This document shows, in pieces, positions 47,239-59,760 of a stretch of DNA of 64,000 nucleotides. Source of the stretch: Dicyema japonicum (Eukaryota > Animalia > Dicyemida); assembly GCA_011109175.1 (NCBI GenBank), contig RDEW01000026.1, forward strand, positions 513,695 to 577,694, written 5' to 3'. Under the pieces are notes generated by a model. That model was not told the origin of the DNA. It saw nothing but the letters and a program-made list of their open reading frames with translations, and did not search any database. Made by a program: the position numbers and the translations under genes. The stretch's first letter is position 1. Each line of letters begins with the position of its first letter.

Positions 47239-48419
47239 ATGAGTGAGGAAATGTTTGCATTAGTAGTTGACAATGGATCTGGAATGTGTAAGGCCGGATT
47301 CTCAGGAGATGATGCACCCCGTGCTGTATTTCCTTCAATTGTTGGCAGACCAAAACATCTCGTTAGTAGAATTACAACAATGATTTAGGGAATAATGATT
47401 GGAATGGGGAACAAGGATACCTATGTTGGAGATGAGGCTCAAAGTAAAAGAGGAATACTTTTTCTTAAATATCCGATTGAGCATGGAATTGTTAACAACT
47501 GGGATGATATGGAAAAAATATGGCATCATACTTTCTACAATGAACTTAGAATTGCTCCTGAAGAACATCCAATACTTTTAACAGAAGCTCCTCTTAATCC
47601 TAAGGTGTAACTTTTTATATTCAATATTTAGTTAAATCGTGAAAAAATGACTCAGATTATGTTTGAAACATTTAACACCCCTGCCATGTATGTGGCTATT
47701 CAGGCTGTTTTATCATTATATGCATCTGGTAGAACAACTGGGATTGTCCTTGATTCCGGTGATGGTGTTTCTCATACTGTCCCCATTTATGAAGGATATG
47801 CACTTCCTCATGCTATTAATCGTATGGATTTGGCAGGAAGAGATCTAACAGACTACTTGATGAAAATCCTTACAGAAAGAGGATATTCGTTCACAAGTAC
47901 TGCCGAAAAAGAAATTGTCAGGGATATTAAAGAAAAATTGTGTTATGTTGCTTTGAATTTTAACAAGGAGATGACAGAATCTCAAAATTCATCATTTATT
48001 GAAAAATCTTATGAATTGCCAGATGGGCAAGTCATTAAAATAGGAAATGAAAGATTTAGATGTCCAGAAGTACTCTTCCAGCCATCCCTTATTGGTAGTG
48101 AAAGTAATGGAATTGTTGAGACAACTTATACCTCTATAATGAAATGTGATATTGACATCAGAAAGGATTTATACTTGAATACTGTTTTATCTGGAGGAAC
48201 AACAATGTACTCTGGAATTGCTGATAGGATTCACAAAGAGATTATCTCTCTAGCCCCATCTACAATAAAAATTAAAATCGTTGCTCCCCTGAACGTAAAT
48301 ATTCTGTTTGGATTGGTGGATCTATTCTTTCTTCATTATCAACATTTAATAATATGTGGATTACTAAACAAGACTATGATGAAAGTGGACCATTAATTGT
48401 TCACAGAAAATGTTTCTAA
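47239..48419 (+). CDS. actin: Divergent actin; two 27-nt introns; one -1 frameshift near 48286-48289
   Basis: [26 protein letters not shown], introns 47362-47388 and 47605-47631. Restoring one C gives [16 protein letters not shown]...VHRKCF*. Confidence 0.92.
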
Positions 48420-48429
48420 TCTATGATTT

Positions 48430-49330
48430 TACTAATTAGATTATTCTCTTCCTATATGTCCATACTTTATATTAAATATACTGGTTAAGCTATATACAGC
48501 TCCAAGAGTGAGACGAATACACATATTCTTTCTGTGGAGAGAGATAAATTTATATGCGATATTCTCAAGTGTTCTGCAATCCAGGATCTTATTCTCTTCG
48601 AGGATCATGTAATTTGTGAGCCAGGACTCCAAAGTGAGAGGATAATTGATGACCTGATCTTTTGTGAAAGGATTACACGAGATCGAGGACAAAACATTTC
48701 TTTCGGGAGGCTTAGAAATGTTGAAACCGTTAACAATAAACTTCATCAAGTTGGAGAGATGGGAGATTTCATGAAGTGGACGAAAGCCATGTGATTTGAA
48801 AAGGTTGAAGTGGTCTGTAAAATTGTTAAGAGTATTATTTCTTGGATCTTCAATACCACCAAGGTAAGATAAATTGGTATCTAGGACGATGGGGAAGACA
48901 AACTCTTAGTGTATTGATTACGGGGATAATTATAGATTTATTCCATAACAGGGATAAAAATGAGTTGATTGAGAATTCATAAATACTTTTGAACGTTCAG
49001 ATTCCGTTAGATCCTAGGTGTTTCAAATATATAATAAATAGGCCATCAGGGATTTAGCAGAGAATGCGAACATTTTTGATCATTCATGGATTAGAGTTAC
49101 GGGAACTTGGATATGTGCCCTCGCACTTTGTAGTGGTTGGACTCTCATAGGTCCTATAGGACATTAGAATGTGGCTGATCTTGCAATAATCAGACATCAA
49201 GTCGTTATCGCTGACAATACAAATTTTAGTTCTGTTATTTTTATTGAGTGCCTCACCGTGAAAGGAGTCAGAATCAGTTTGACGTATCTTTGATGAATCT
49301 CCAGAATTTTTTAGGTTTCATTTTGGGTTA
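48430..49330 (-). mobile_element. Decayed Ingi-like RT fragment abutting the actin stop codon
   Basis: KFWRFIK, PDG....LKHLG, P(I/Y)LT..LKI.E. Confidence 0.55.
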
Positions 49331-49789
49331 GAATAAAAGATAAATTTAGTTTATTTTTCATTTTTGACTTTAGAAATCAACGTGCTTATTTCTTTATTAA
49401 ATTAAAATAGTTCTGTTTGATGACTTTTTTGATTTTTTTCATATGGGAGGTAAAGTTATCCACAGAGAAGTCTTTCAAAGACATTTCTATTACTTTATAA
49501 AAAATTATCCTATCCAATTTTCCTCTAGTTTGCAAAGGTCCGCTTGATAATAGTAATTGCTGAAAAAGACTAATATAAAAAATATCGGGTTTTGATCAGA
49601 GGGTAGGTCTTATCTGACATTCAAAATATGCGATTGAAGGAGAGCACATCGAGAGGTCATGGAACATGTTTGGATCCCAAGGAAGAGTCTCACATCCTTT
49701 GTATTGATTGCGGTTGTTCAGTATAACAAAACGTTCGAGTTCTGGCGTCTGATGACGGAGTCGTTAAACATTAAGTTACCACAAATGAT

Positions 49790-50285
49790 AACGATATTGT
49801 AATTGAGTTGATGAGTTAGTTAAGAAACCCCAGCCTCACTAATTTGTAGGAGGCCAAAGCTATTAAATGGTACACAGCAAATGTTGGTCGCTCTCATAGA
49901 TTGGTCAGTCCCAGCATTGTAGACTAATGTTGTGCTAATTCGTGACATTCAAATTGATGGTTTGTTGTCAACACGTAGAGGTTGCAAAAGGGACTCAGGA
50001 TATCGTACTTTGATAGATAGGGGTGGTGCCCACATCGTAGACGAGTCAAGTTTACTGGGACCTCCCTCTGAAGAGATGATTCTGATTGGTCTATTGGAGG
50101 AGGGGGGTCGGTGTAGTATTTTATTATCTTCGAGTTTTCTGATGCTTCTCGTAGAAACAAAATTGAGTATCTGTTTCAGACAACTCCGGCCATTGAGGCT
50201 GGAAGGTATGGATGATAGCTTTCGAGACAGGTCACTGGTTGTCATAATAATTTTTTTGCGGTTTGAATAGAGAGTGGCAGGGATG
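49790..50285 (-). mobile_element. I-group LINE 3' fragment with C-terminal zinc-finger remnant
   Basis: LTRLRCGH...C...T.H.F.C. Confidence 0.55.
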
Positions 50286-50293
50286 GTCTAGGC

Positions 50294-50480
50294 CAGGGGT
50301 CGGCAACTGTGGCTCTTTCACTTATCGGAGATGATTACTCACATTTGCAATAAAACCATTTTCAAAATAGTGTTCTTCCAAAAAGTTTTTTATGTATATA
50401 TTTGTTTAAACCCAAAATCACCAACAGTTAAATAAAAAAATAAATTGGAAATTAAAACGAAAACTTGCGGTGTGGTGTGA
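50294..50480. mobile_element. hAT (Buster-type) single end
   Basis: CAGGGGTCGGCAAC preceded by GTCTAGGC (central TA); no partner end found. Confidence 0.45.
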
Positions 50481-50559
50481 TCTACAAAATCTCAGATGTA
50501 AAATAAAGAACGAAAAGATGAAGTACGAGCAACAAAGCCAGTAAGGACAATTCAGGTAT

Positions 50560-52190
50560 TATGAAAACGTGTTGGAAGAGAGTTCCAAAGCTTTTCCCTC
50601 TTGTCAATTATCCTATGGGGAAGATACGTCTCTGGTTTTTGAAAATAAAATTATTAAATCAAAAACGGATGTCCAACAAAGAGATCCGCTCGGACCTCTC
50701 TTATTTGCACTGACCATTGATGATGTTGTGAGATCAATTGATGCACAGCTAAATCTCTGGTATCTCGACGATGCCACAATTGGAGGATCATTCAAGGGAA
50801 CGTACAATTTATTACATAAAACGTTACCCGCTTTAAAACACTTGGGCTCGTACATCAATGTTAACAAATCAGAGCTAATAAATGTCTCATATCCAAACAC
50901 CGACTTCTCTCTATCAAGGAGTCTTTTAAAGAACTGATTCCTGGGATCCCGACTGTGCCAGTTGATAAATTATATTTCCTCGGATGCCCACTCAGCCAAG
51001 AAGAACTCAAGAACCATCTACTTTTCAAAAATGAAGAATTAACACGCCTCACGAAAAGATTGTAATGTCTCGACTCTCACACATCCTTCTTCCTGATGAG
51101 AAACAATATCGGACTACCCAAGCTTTTATATCTACTCCGATGTTCACCCTGCTACGAACAATAGACATCCACTATCGATAGACGAATCTCTCAAACAAAC
51201 TGTTGATTCACTAATTAACGTCCGCTTCGACGAACTAGGTTGGAAGCAATGTATGCTTCCCTCTGGTTTTGGGGGTGTCGGTATAGATCGGCGCTGGAGG
51301 TCGTGTACCCGGCATATCTATCGTTACTCTCAAGCTGCAGCCATTTGACACGGCAAGTCCTCCACAACACTATTAGATTTCGCTGGAATAAATCATTTGA
51401 CAAAGCTTGTCGGAAATGGAACGGGTCCGGACTCAAAATCTCAAAAGACACAACAAAGCAAAGTAATTGGGATAACATTGTCTGCTCCAAAATTTTGGAA
51501 GACCTTAAAAAAGAAGCAAATCAACATCGTCTGGCTTGTTTGGTGTCAGCTTCAAGTGAGGGAGTGGAGCATGGCTTGGTGCAATACCTTGCCCAAACCT
51601 CGGGACTTTTTTGGACGACGATTCTTTGAGGATTGGAATCGGACAAAGGCTAGGACTAGAAGTTCGCCAGGAGCACCGATGCCGATGCGCAGATATTGCA
51701 CCCGCTCTCTTGCAGAAGAAGCGCCGGAAGAGAACCACGTCACGCTGCTCTGAACATGTGATCATCAAAGCTATGAAGGCTACAGGCTTCTCAGCACAGC
51801 TTGGACCAGTGGGTCTCGATCGAGGAGATGGAAAAGACCTGACAAGATGACCCTTTTCCCTTCACATCTGGAAGATCTTTGGTCTGGGACGCAACTTGTG
51901 TTGACACATTCTCAAACACGAATTTTTAAATCGTTCAGACACCTGGATCAGCTGCTTCGACTCGAAAACTAGAAATCAAAAATATTCTGCCTCGGGGACG
52001 CTACCGATTTACTTCTGTTGCGGCCGAGTCATCGGGAGTTGGTCCAATGACGGCTGAGTTCTAACGCGAACTCGGAGGAATGCTTGCCAAATAGAAAAGG
52101 GATCAACGAGAAGGGTAATGACTGATACAAAAGATTGGAATGGCCATACTCCGAAAGAACTCGTTCTCGTTCCAAGCAGCCGGCTTCTTC
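50560..52190 (+). mobile_element. CRE-like retrotransposon: RT through endonuclease, decayed
   Basis: VQQRDPLGPLLF, WYLDDATIGG, LGCPL, GAWLGAIP-like segment, GLDRGDGK, WDATC.DT. Confidence 0.85.
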
Positions 52191-55190
52191 AACTTATTAT
52201 TATTATTATTAAAGCACTTTCACGAAAGCCATAATGATTATAGCCCCGCATGTGCAACACTCAAAGAAATAATATTTATAGTTAGTCTTTTCCATCTTTT
52301 TCTGTCGAATGCGAGTGATCTCAATTCGTCAAGGTCGTCCCTCGTCTTTAGATTTTTTCTCACACAATTTAAGTCTTTGTTTAAGGCAGTCGGAAGTGTC
52401 GATCTAGGCCGTCCGCGGAAGGGTTTTTCGCATCTGTCAAAGTAATCTTCCATCGCTTTGTTAGCGGGTGCGTCCGGGTTCATTTTTAGTACATGCCCAA
52501 AAAGCCTCCACCGGGCATCTATCACATGCTTGTTGATGTAAGAACACATACACTTGTTGTAGATACAGGTGGTTGATATTATACGTGGCCACTTCATTCC
52601 GAGTAAGCTTCTTAGTTGCCTTCTATGGAACAAATCCTGTTTCAATTTTTCGTTGAAAGGAACTTCCCCATTTCCCAGCGTTGTACAGTAGAATTGGTTT
52701 CACAAACGCGTTGTAAAGCCTGCATCTGATGTCAATTCCAAGTCCTTTGGCCCTTAGCCATCCTTTCTTTAGTTTAGCCGTTGCTGTATTTGCCAGTGTT
52801 TTCCTCCTTAGTACATCTTTAGCGTCTCCTAGTAGAGAGTCTAGCTTATTAGTACGTCTCCATCCTTCATGAGTAATATCGTCCTCTCTTTTGATTTCCG
52901 TAATTTCAGTTTTGTTAACATTTACGCTGAGAAACCATTTCTCAAGCTCCGCAGGTGTTAGAGTGCGGTCACGTCCCGTGATACAAAATCCATATCATCC
53001 GCATAAGATGTCTCTTCTATGTCTCCTATATAGCGTTTACGGAGGTCGCGGAGTGCAGATTCAAGGTATATGGTGAATAGTAAAGGGGAGAGGGAATCAC
53101 CCTGGGGTGTCCCAATCGTTGTTTTGAAACTGCGGGAAGTTGCTCTTTCTGTCCTCACAGATAGTCTTGTGTTCGCAAGTAGTAGTCTGATTATCCTAAC
53201 CGACGATTCATCCAATATTTGCTCAAGCACATTCATCAGTTTCTGTCTGTTTATTGAGTCGAAAGCTCTGGAGAGATCTATTCCCAACACGGTTGTTGCG
53301 CTCTTGAATCTTTGGTGCGTTGCGCAGCGCCATCTGTGGCTCCATACAATGTCTGCCGTAGACCTCCCTTCTCGGAACCCACTTTGACTTGCTGGTAGGT
53401 ATAGATCCGCCACACCCTTTATCCGGCTTAGTGCAATGTTTGCCAGCACCTTGCGTATCGAATTCAGAAGTATTATCGGGCGGAGATTTTCTACTGGTCC
53501 TTTTGATTTGTTCGGTTTTTGTATGGGTATTAATAATCCATTTCCAAGTCCTAGATCGGTATTAGTTTCAAAGACGTCATTTAGGGTTTTTGCAATTGTG
53601 TCGCTAAGTTTTTTTGGCCCATATTTTAGGAGCTCAGGGCTTATGTTGTCCGGCCCAGCACTCTTGTTGTTCTTCAGTTTATTTATCGCTAATTCCACCT
53701 CTTCCACTGTGATTGGGATTTTTAGCGCCTTTGCTTCTCCTTGGAAAGGGGGAAAGTCATTATTTTCTTTATTCAACAGTGTTTCGAAGTGTCGTGCAAT
53801 CAATTCTGCTTTTTCTTTCGGGTTACCCACGAATTTTCCATCTTTGTCTTTGATGTGAAGGATGTTTTGTCCTTTCTTTGTCCGCAGCAGCCGCCGCATA
53901 CATCCTTGAATTGTCTTTTAGGCATTCCACATCTTTTAATAGGGATGTAATAATTTCCCGTGATGTTTTCTGTTCATCTTTTTGATTTTCCACTTTAGTT
54001 CCCTTTGTTGGATATTAAGCTCTTTTTTTTACTCTCGTCTGACGTGTTTGCCGCTTTTAGTCGTAGCTCTCTGCAATGCTTTGCCATATTTGGCACGTTC
54101 GGGTGGTGATCCAATTTTAGGGCGTGATGATTTCGGACTCCAAGGCATATTTTGGCCGACTTGGAGATTGCCTGTTTTGTTTGATCCCACAGAGTTCGTA
54201 CTGATGATTCCGGTGCGGTTTTCACCATAAGAGTCTCGATTTGTTCGTGATATTTAGCTCTACAAGTTGGCTCTAACCACAATTTTTCTGTCTGAAAGTA
54301 TATATTGGGTCTTTGTCTCGCCTTCTTCGCGTTTTCAATGTATTTTTTCCCAGTCAGGTGCTTTTTTACACAAAGTTTTGCAATGACGATCCTGTGGTCG
54401 CTGTCGGTTGTTGTTCCCTGGTAGGAACGTGCATCATTTATCAGGTGTTTATCAGACTTTCGGCAGATAATGTAGTCGATTTGATTATATATATTCACGG
54501 TCTCTCCGACAGAGTTTTTTCTTTGTCCGTGCCACGTCGTCTTGTGGCAAGCTGAGTGCGTAAAGGCCGTGTTGCACAGGAAAAGGCTATTTGCCTCGCA
54601 GAAGTTTACCAGAGAGGCTCCAGATGCATTTCTCCTTCCGCGCCCGTGTCTTCCAATAGAGGATTCTTCGGGCCCCATTCGCATTCCGGCCTTTGCATTC
54701 ATATCTCCCGCAACAAAGACAAGAGACGAGGAAGCATTGTTAGAGTATGTGCTTGATAGTTCTGAGTAGAATTCCTCGAGTTCACCGGGGTTCTTGATTA
54801 CTCGTCCACAGTGTGGTGCATAGACATTTATGACGGTTAGTAGACTCTTGGACGGGCATAGTTCATTTAGTTTGACTTGTAGGACACATATTCGGTCGTT
54901 GACTCTCCAATAACGATGTAATTTTTTGAGGTAATCCACGTGTAGGGCAAATCCCATGCCGTAGTGCTTGCATTCAGTTGGGAAGAGAATCAGTCGGTAG
55001 TTGTTTCATGTCTCATCGCGTCCATTTTCGATTTTCGTCTCTTGTAGGCAGCCAATAGATATTTTGTATTTCTCGAGATCGTCACAAAGTACTTTCCTTG
55101 TCCAATCTTTCGATATTCCACGTACGTTGAACGTCATTAGCCTGAGTTCTCGATTGTATTTGGCTTTTTGTTAAATAATTGTCATTTAAA
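52191..55190 (-). mobile_element. Near full-length RTE-like LINE (APE + RT)
   Basis: ORFs 53995-54957, 52958-53899 and 52238-52645: TFNVRG, NVYAP, NQIDYI, SDH, GTPQGDSLSP, YADD; (TAA)n tail. Confidence 0.9.
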
Positions 55191-55199
55191 AAAGTAAAT

Positions 55200-55810
55200 A
55201 AAGGAATTAATTAATTAATTAAGTGATTCCGACAACTCTGAAGAAGCTCCTCAAATTTTCCCGATGTTAAACTTTTGATCCAGCACAGCTATGGATTAGG
55301 CGGGAGCAGTGTTTCCCATATATTCCTCCGGCGTGATGTATTTTCTATTTTTGCCTTTAGGTGAATAGAATGATCTTTCTTTGGTAGGCACTTCAGTTTT
55401 CGAAGGGCTGCCAAACCCTTTCCATTTTCGCGGATAAGATGATTTTTGTCGTATTATCTGGTATGAAACGTGACTGATAGTGCCAATTGGAAATGACAGC
55501 CAGAGCTCTTTTAGTCATTCCGGCACAGGACATGTGGAAGCCACACGAACATGCCGTGCAATGGATCATCCGTTTTCTTTTGTTCATTATGTTGTATTTT
55601 TTGTAGATCTCATTTTCTTTTTGCAGTTTTCTGCATTTTCTTTTTTGATTTTCCTTTTTTTCTCTTCTTTCTCATAACAACACAACTAGAACAACAACAA
55701 AAGCCTACTTCAAAAATCTGAAATGTTTTTAACAAGATTTGTTCTAAAATATTGTTATGTATACTAAGAAGACTCTTTGCAGACAAGTAAATATTCCATT
55801 GTCTCTTCAC
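55200..55810 (-). mobile_element. Ingi-like 3' end preceded by PHD-finger-like remnants
   Basis: IHCTACSCGFHMSCAG...WH; ends VVGIT*. Confidence 0.5.
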
Positions 55811-55921
55811 TTGACAAATTGTATCTTTTGTAGACCCAATTTTATAAGATTATTAGCGGAGATTATGGTTATATCAGCAACTTTACCTTGAAAAACCAAC
55901 TCGTACGCCACGCGGGAGTTT

Positions 55922-55980
55922 TGATTATTATTATACCCCCAGGATCACTGGGTCAGATAAAGAAGTAAAATAGTTTTGAT
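55922..55980 (-). mobile_element. Very short Ingi-like 3' stub
   Basis: GACCCAGTGATCCTGGGGGTATAATAATAAT matches the 38900-38931 terminus. Confidence 0.6.
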
Positions 55981-56199
55981 TCGGAGTCAATTATTTTCTG
56001 AGGAAACTTGTTAATAAAATCTTTTGAATCCGCCGATTTTTGGACGGTTTCAAAATCGGCGGTTCAAAATTTATTAATTTTTATTTTTTTAATTTTCCGA
56101 GTTTTTAATAGTGGAATCCATTGTCATTATTCACTGTGATGCCGCGTAAAGTCAAGAATCACATTGAAAAGATTAAGTCCGTTAGATAAAATATCCTGA

Positions 56200-57840
56200 T
56201 GAATTTTCTATCAACTCAAAAAGAAATCTTTTTTTGCAATGATATGGGACATTTGTAACTGCAAAAAAACAATTTTTATTGAATCACATAGATCGTCTAA
56301 GATGCACTTCGAATTAGCAGGTTTATTATTTTTATTACTATTTTTAAGATATAAATAATATAAAACTAACTGATTTTCTTGTCCCATCTGGTGACACATG
56401 GGTCGATAAAGTCTTTGTCGAATCCGATATTCCCTTGCATAAGTTGAACAGTAAAAGCTTACTAGACTTGTTTGATGGTATTGGAAATAATCTTCCTTCT
56501 ACATACGCTTGCCGAATAAGTGTAGCAAATTTATGCCAGAAGCAGTTTGACATAATTAACTATTTTTGAGGTTTCATTTACATTTATTATAAATCTGAAA
56601 AAAGTTGTTTTTATTGACGAAAATGATATCCGGGGACAGAAATATGTCAATAAACTTATTGGAACAATTTCTGATCCCAAGAATATATTTTTAATATCTT
56701 TTCGCTCATTATTTTCTGCGACTAACTATCATAATTGACGGTGTGATAAGGGATTTTGCGACAGATCCTATTATTAGTCAGATAATTGACAAGGGATTTT
56801 GCGACAGATCGCGATAATTTTATATTACTGATATCGGATGCGGCCAGATGTATGGTAGCTGCCGCACAAGTATTGAAGGTTTTATACAAAATTTTGCATC
56901 ATGTGTTCTTCATCTTCTTTACAACTGTTGCCTTAAAATAAGAAGATATTTTAAGGATCTGGATTTTTTTTAATTTCATCAAAAAAAAAAATTTCATCAA
57001 TAAAAGTGGCAATTGTTAAAAACAAGACACGAAGAGAAAAATTTGCTGAAATCGAGTATCCACCGAAAGTTATTCTAACTAGATGGGAGAATGGAATGGA
57101 AGCTGCCCGCTATTATTGCAAAAATTACACCGAAATAAAAAAATAATTGAAAGTTTCGAAGGAGAAGGGATTTTAATGATTAGATGTTTTCAAGGGGTTT
57201 GTCAAAACGAACAACGTACAAATTTATTAGCAATATTATGCCAAAATGACGTTTTTTGATAAAGAAAGCAGAAGAATCCTATTTCACAGTAAAGACGCTT
57301 TTAAATACATTCAGAAATTGCACTTCGGGGACGATGTATGTGGAATCAGGAAGTATCTGGAATCAAGATTATCTAAAATCAAGTGCTTTCTATCACAAAA
57401 ATGAAAAAAACAACATATTTCTCCATATGTATATAAATCTCTGAAAAAGTGTCCTTCCGCATCATTGAGAGAAGTTATCTGTCGAGAGAAGTTTTTCTTC
57501 ATTGGGAATATTACTATCTAAAGACCGAAATTTCAAATCCGAAAACGTTTCTAGTTACATTATTCTATATTTTAATTAAGATTTTGATTAGTTTTTATAT
57601 TAAATTTATCATACAGTCAAAAAAAGGTCAAAAATTTGAAATTTTAAAGTCAATAAAGTTAATTTTAGTTCAAAATTTCCGATTTATAAAGTCAAAAAAA
57701 TTGCCCTACTTATGAGTTTTCTATCAACTTAAAGGAAATTTAAATGAAATTTATGTGGCACACTTGTAACTACAAAAACAATTTTCCAATAAGTTTATTG
57801 ACATATTTCTGTCCCCGGATATCAGTTTTGTTTTTGACTG
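56200..57840 (+). mobile_element. Decayed, rearranged hAT-like element
   Basis: IDE.DIRGQKYVN, PPKVILTRW..., ERSY(L)S; right end AAAAAATTGCCCTA (~57708) resembles the 14246 TIR. Confidence 0.55.
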
Positions 57841-57864
57841 AAAAGAGATTTTAGTCAAAAAAAT

Positions 57865-58400
57865 ATCACCGGATTAGAATTAACTACTAACTAAGTGATC
57901 CCGGTTTTCCGGGTTCTGGCTCTCGTTCGGGTCCTCAAAAATCCAACAAAATTGGTAACAACAGAAACGGTCTCATTCTCCATAAATTCCCCGCATTTTC
58001 TAGATAGTCAGATATAGAGAGTGAAACGGACAATCGGTTTTCTTGCCCACTGTAGAAATGATTTCACTCTCCACCTTAGATGTTCTTTAACATTCAATAC
58101 GTTATCCACAGTTTTCTTATTAATTATTTTCAAGGCAGCAAGTTGTGCGGCTTCTAATTTTTGAGACGACGATTTAGAAATCATCGAGGAAGGACATGCG
58201 TATTCGATTACTGGCAGTATGCATTGTCTGTAAATTTTCTGTAGTAAGAAGGTGTTGCGCCCGATTGGTAATCGGGACAAAATTTTCAATATGTTGGTCC
58301 TTTTCCTGACCTTGGTAATAACGTCATTGACGTGTTCGCCGAATGTCAGGAGAGTATCCAACTTTAATCCTAGTATTGTTGGATAATTAATAGAAGATTC
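57865..58400 (-). mobile_element. Ingi-like 3' fragment
   Basis: PTILGLKLD, ILPVIEYAC, GIT* preceded by CCCGGAAAACCGGG. Confidence 0.8.
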
Positions 58401-59760
58401 GAATGTCGCGTGGCTCACCTACGATCTGGTGGAATTGCACAATTTATGTGAAAAAGAGCCGCAAATTCCCTATCCCTTCTTCATTGAGACGTGGATGGTG
58501 TCGTGCATTACTACTTATTTCCGGCGATGTCAATCTGAATCCAGGGCCGCCATTGATTATTGCTCAAATCAACATAAATGGAATTCGAACTAAGATAATT
58601 GTACTTAGACGATTTTTTAGTCCAAATCAGTGGATATCGCTTTAATTCAAGAGTCAAAGCTTACTCATAAAGATTCAACTCAAACGTTTCCTGGATTACG
58701 TGCTCCGAAAAGACCGAAAATTTGGAAGAGGTGGAGGCTTACTTACCATTATCTATAATCAGATTAATGTTGTGGATTTTTCAAATTACACATCAAGCTT
58801 TATGGACACTGAAGATCCATTAGAACAACTCACAGTGAGAATAAAGTTACACTCACTCCGAATAACTATAGCAAATGTGTATATCTCTCCAATTTCTTCA
58901 TGCTATAAGACTATTGTCCTAATCTTGAACAGTTCACAAGATTGGAAAAAGTTATAATTTGTGGAGATATGAACGCCAAGAGCCCATTTTTGTAAACAAA
59001 TCAACTATTGAACCAAAGAGGATCTATTATATTAGACAACATTGACGACTTGGTGATCCTTAACAACAGAAATAAACACACAAGAACTCCTTCGAAAAAA
59101 GGTGACTCTCTAACCTCACAAGATCTGACTCTTGCCGCCCCATCAATTGCTTCGACTATTACATGGGACGTTATTTTTGATTTGCACACAGATCACAATC
59201 CAATACTATTAAAAATCCTGGGAAAACACAAGATTAATGTAACTCGCAATACGTGCGAATTGTCTTGAGTACATGATTTTTATTGAAGACTCCTTATCCT
59301 CTTTCTAAATAGAAAACTTTTCCTCGATAGATGCGACCGTTGGATTTATTAATGAAAATATTTTGCAAGCCCGAAAAAAGTTTATTCCAATGGGGCGATT
59401 CAAAACTTTTTCAGATAAATTCGACACAGAAACAAGGGTCCTAATTGCAAAAAGAAATAAACTAAAGAAAACTATAGATAAAACAGCATCCTTGAATACT
59501 GTAATTACAGATCTGAATAAGCAAACCATATTTGAAACTGGATCATCAACCGAAACACAAGAAGAAAAAATATCCATACATTGAATATTTCAAATCACTG
59601 GAGGAATTTCATGCAATTAAATACATGAAAAATACAAAATCCAAAGGGGCCAATGACATTTCAATAACTGAATTGAAACATTTGGGGACAATAGCAATCG
59701 ATGCTCTTAATGAGATTTTCAATTTTGAATCGAATGGAAAATTATTTCTAAAACGAGAAA
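58401..59760 (+). mobile_element. Ingi-like 5' half (pseudoknot 58401-58462, 2A, APE)
   Basis: MSRGSP..WW...LLISGDVNLNPGP, QINING, CGDMNAK, TDHNPI. Confidence 0.85.

Noticed and set aside
48441-48794. ORFs 48441-48749 and 48534-48794 as host genes
   Set aside because: The minus frame continues upstream into LINE RT motifs; the plus ORF is its antisense shadow.
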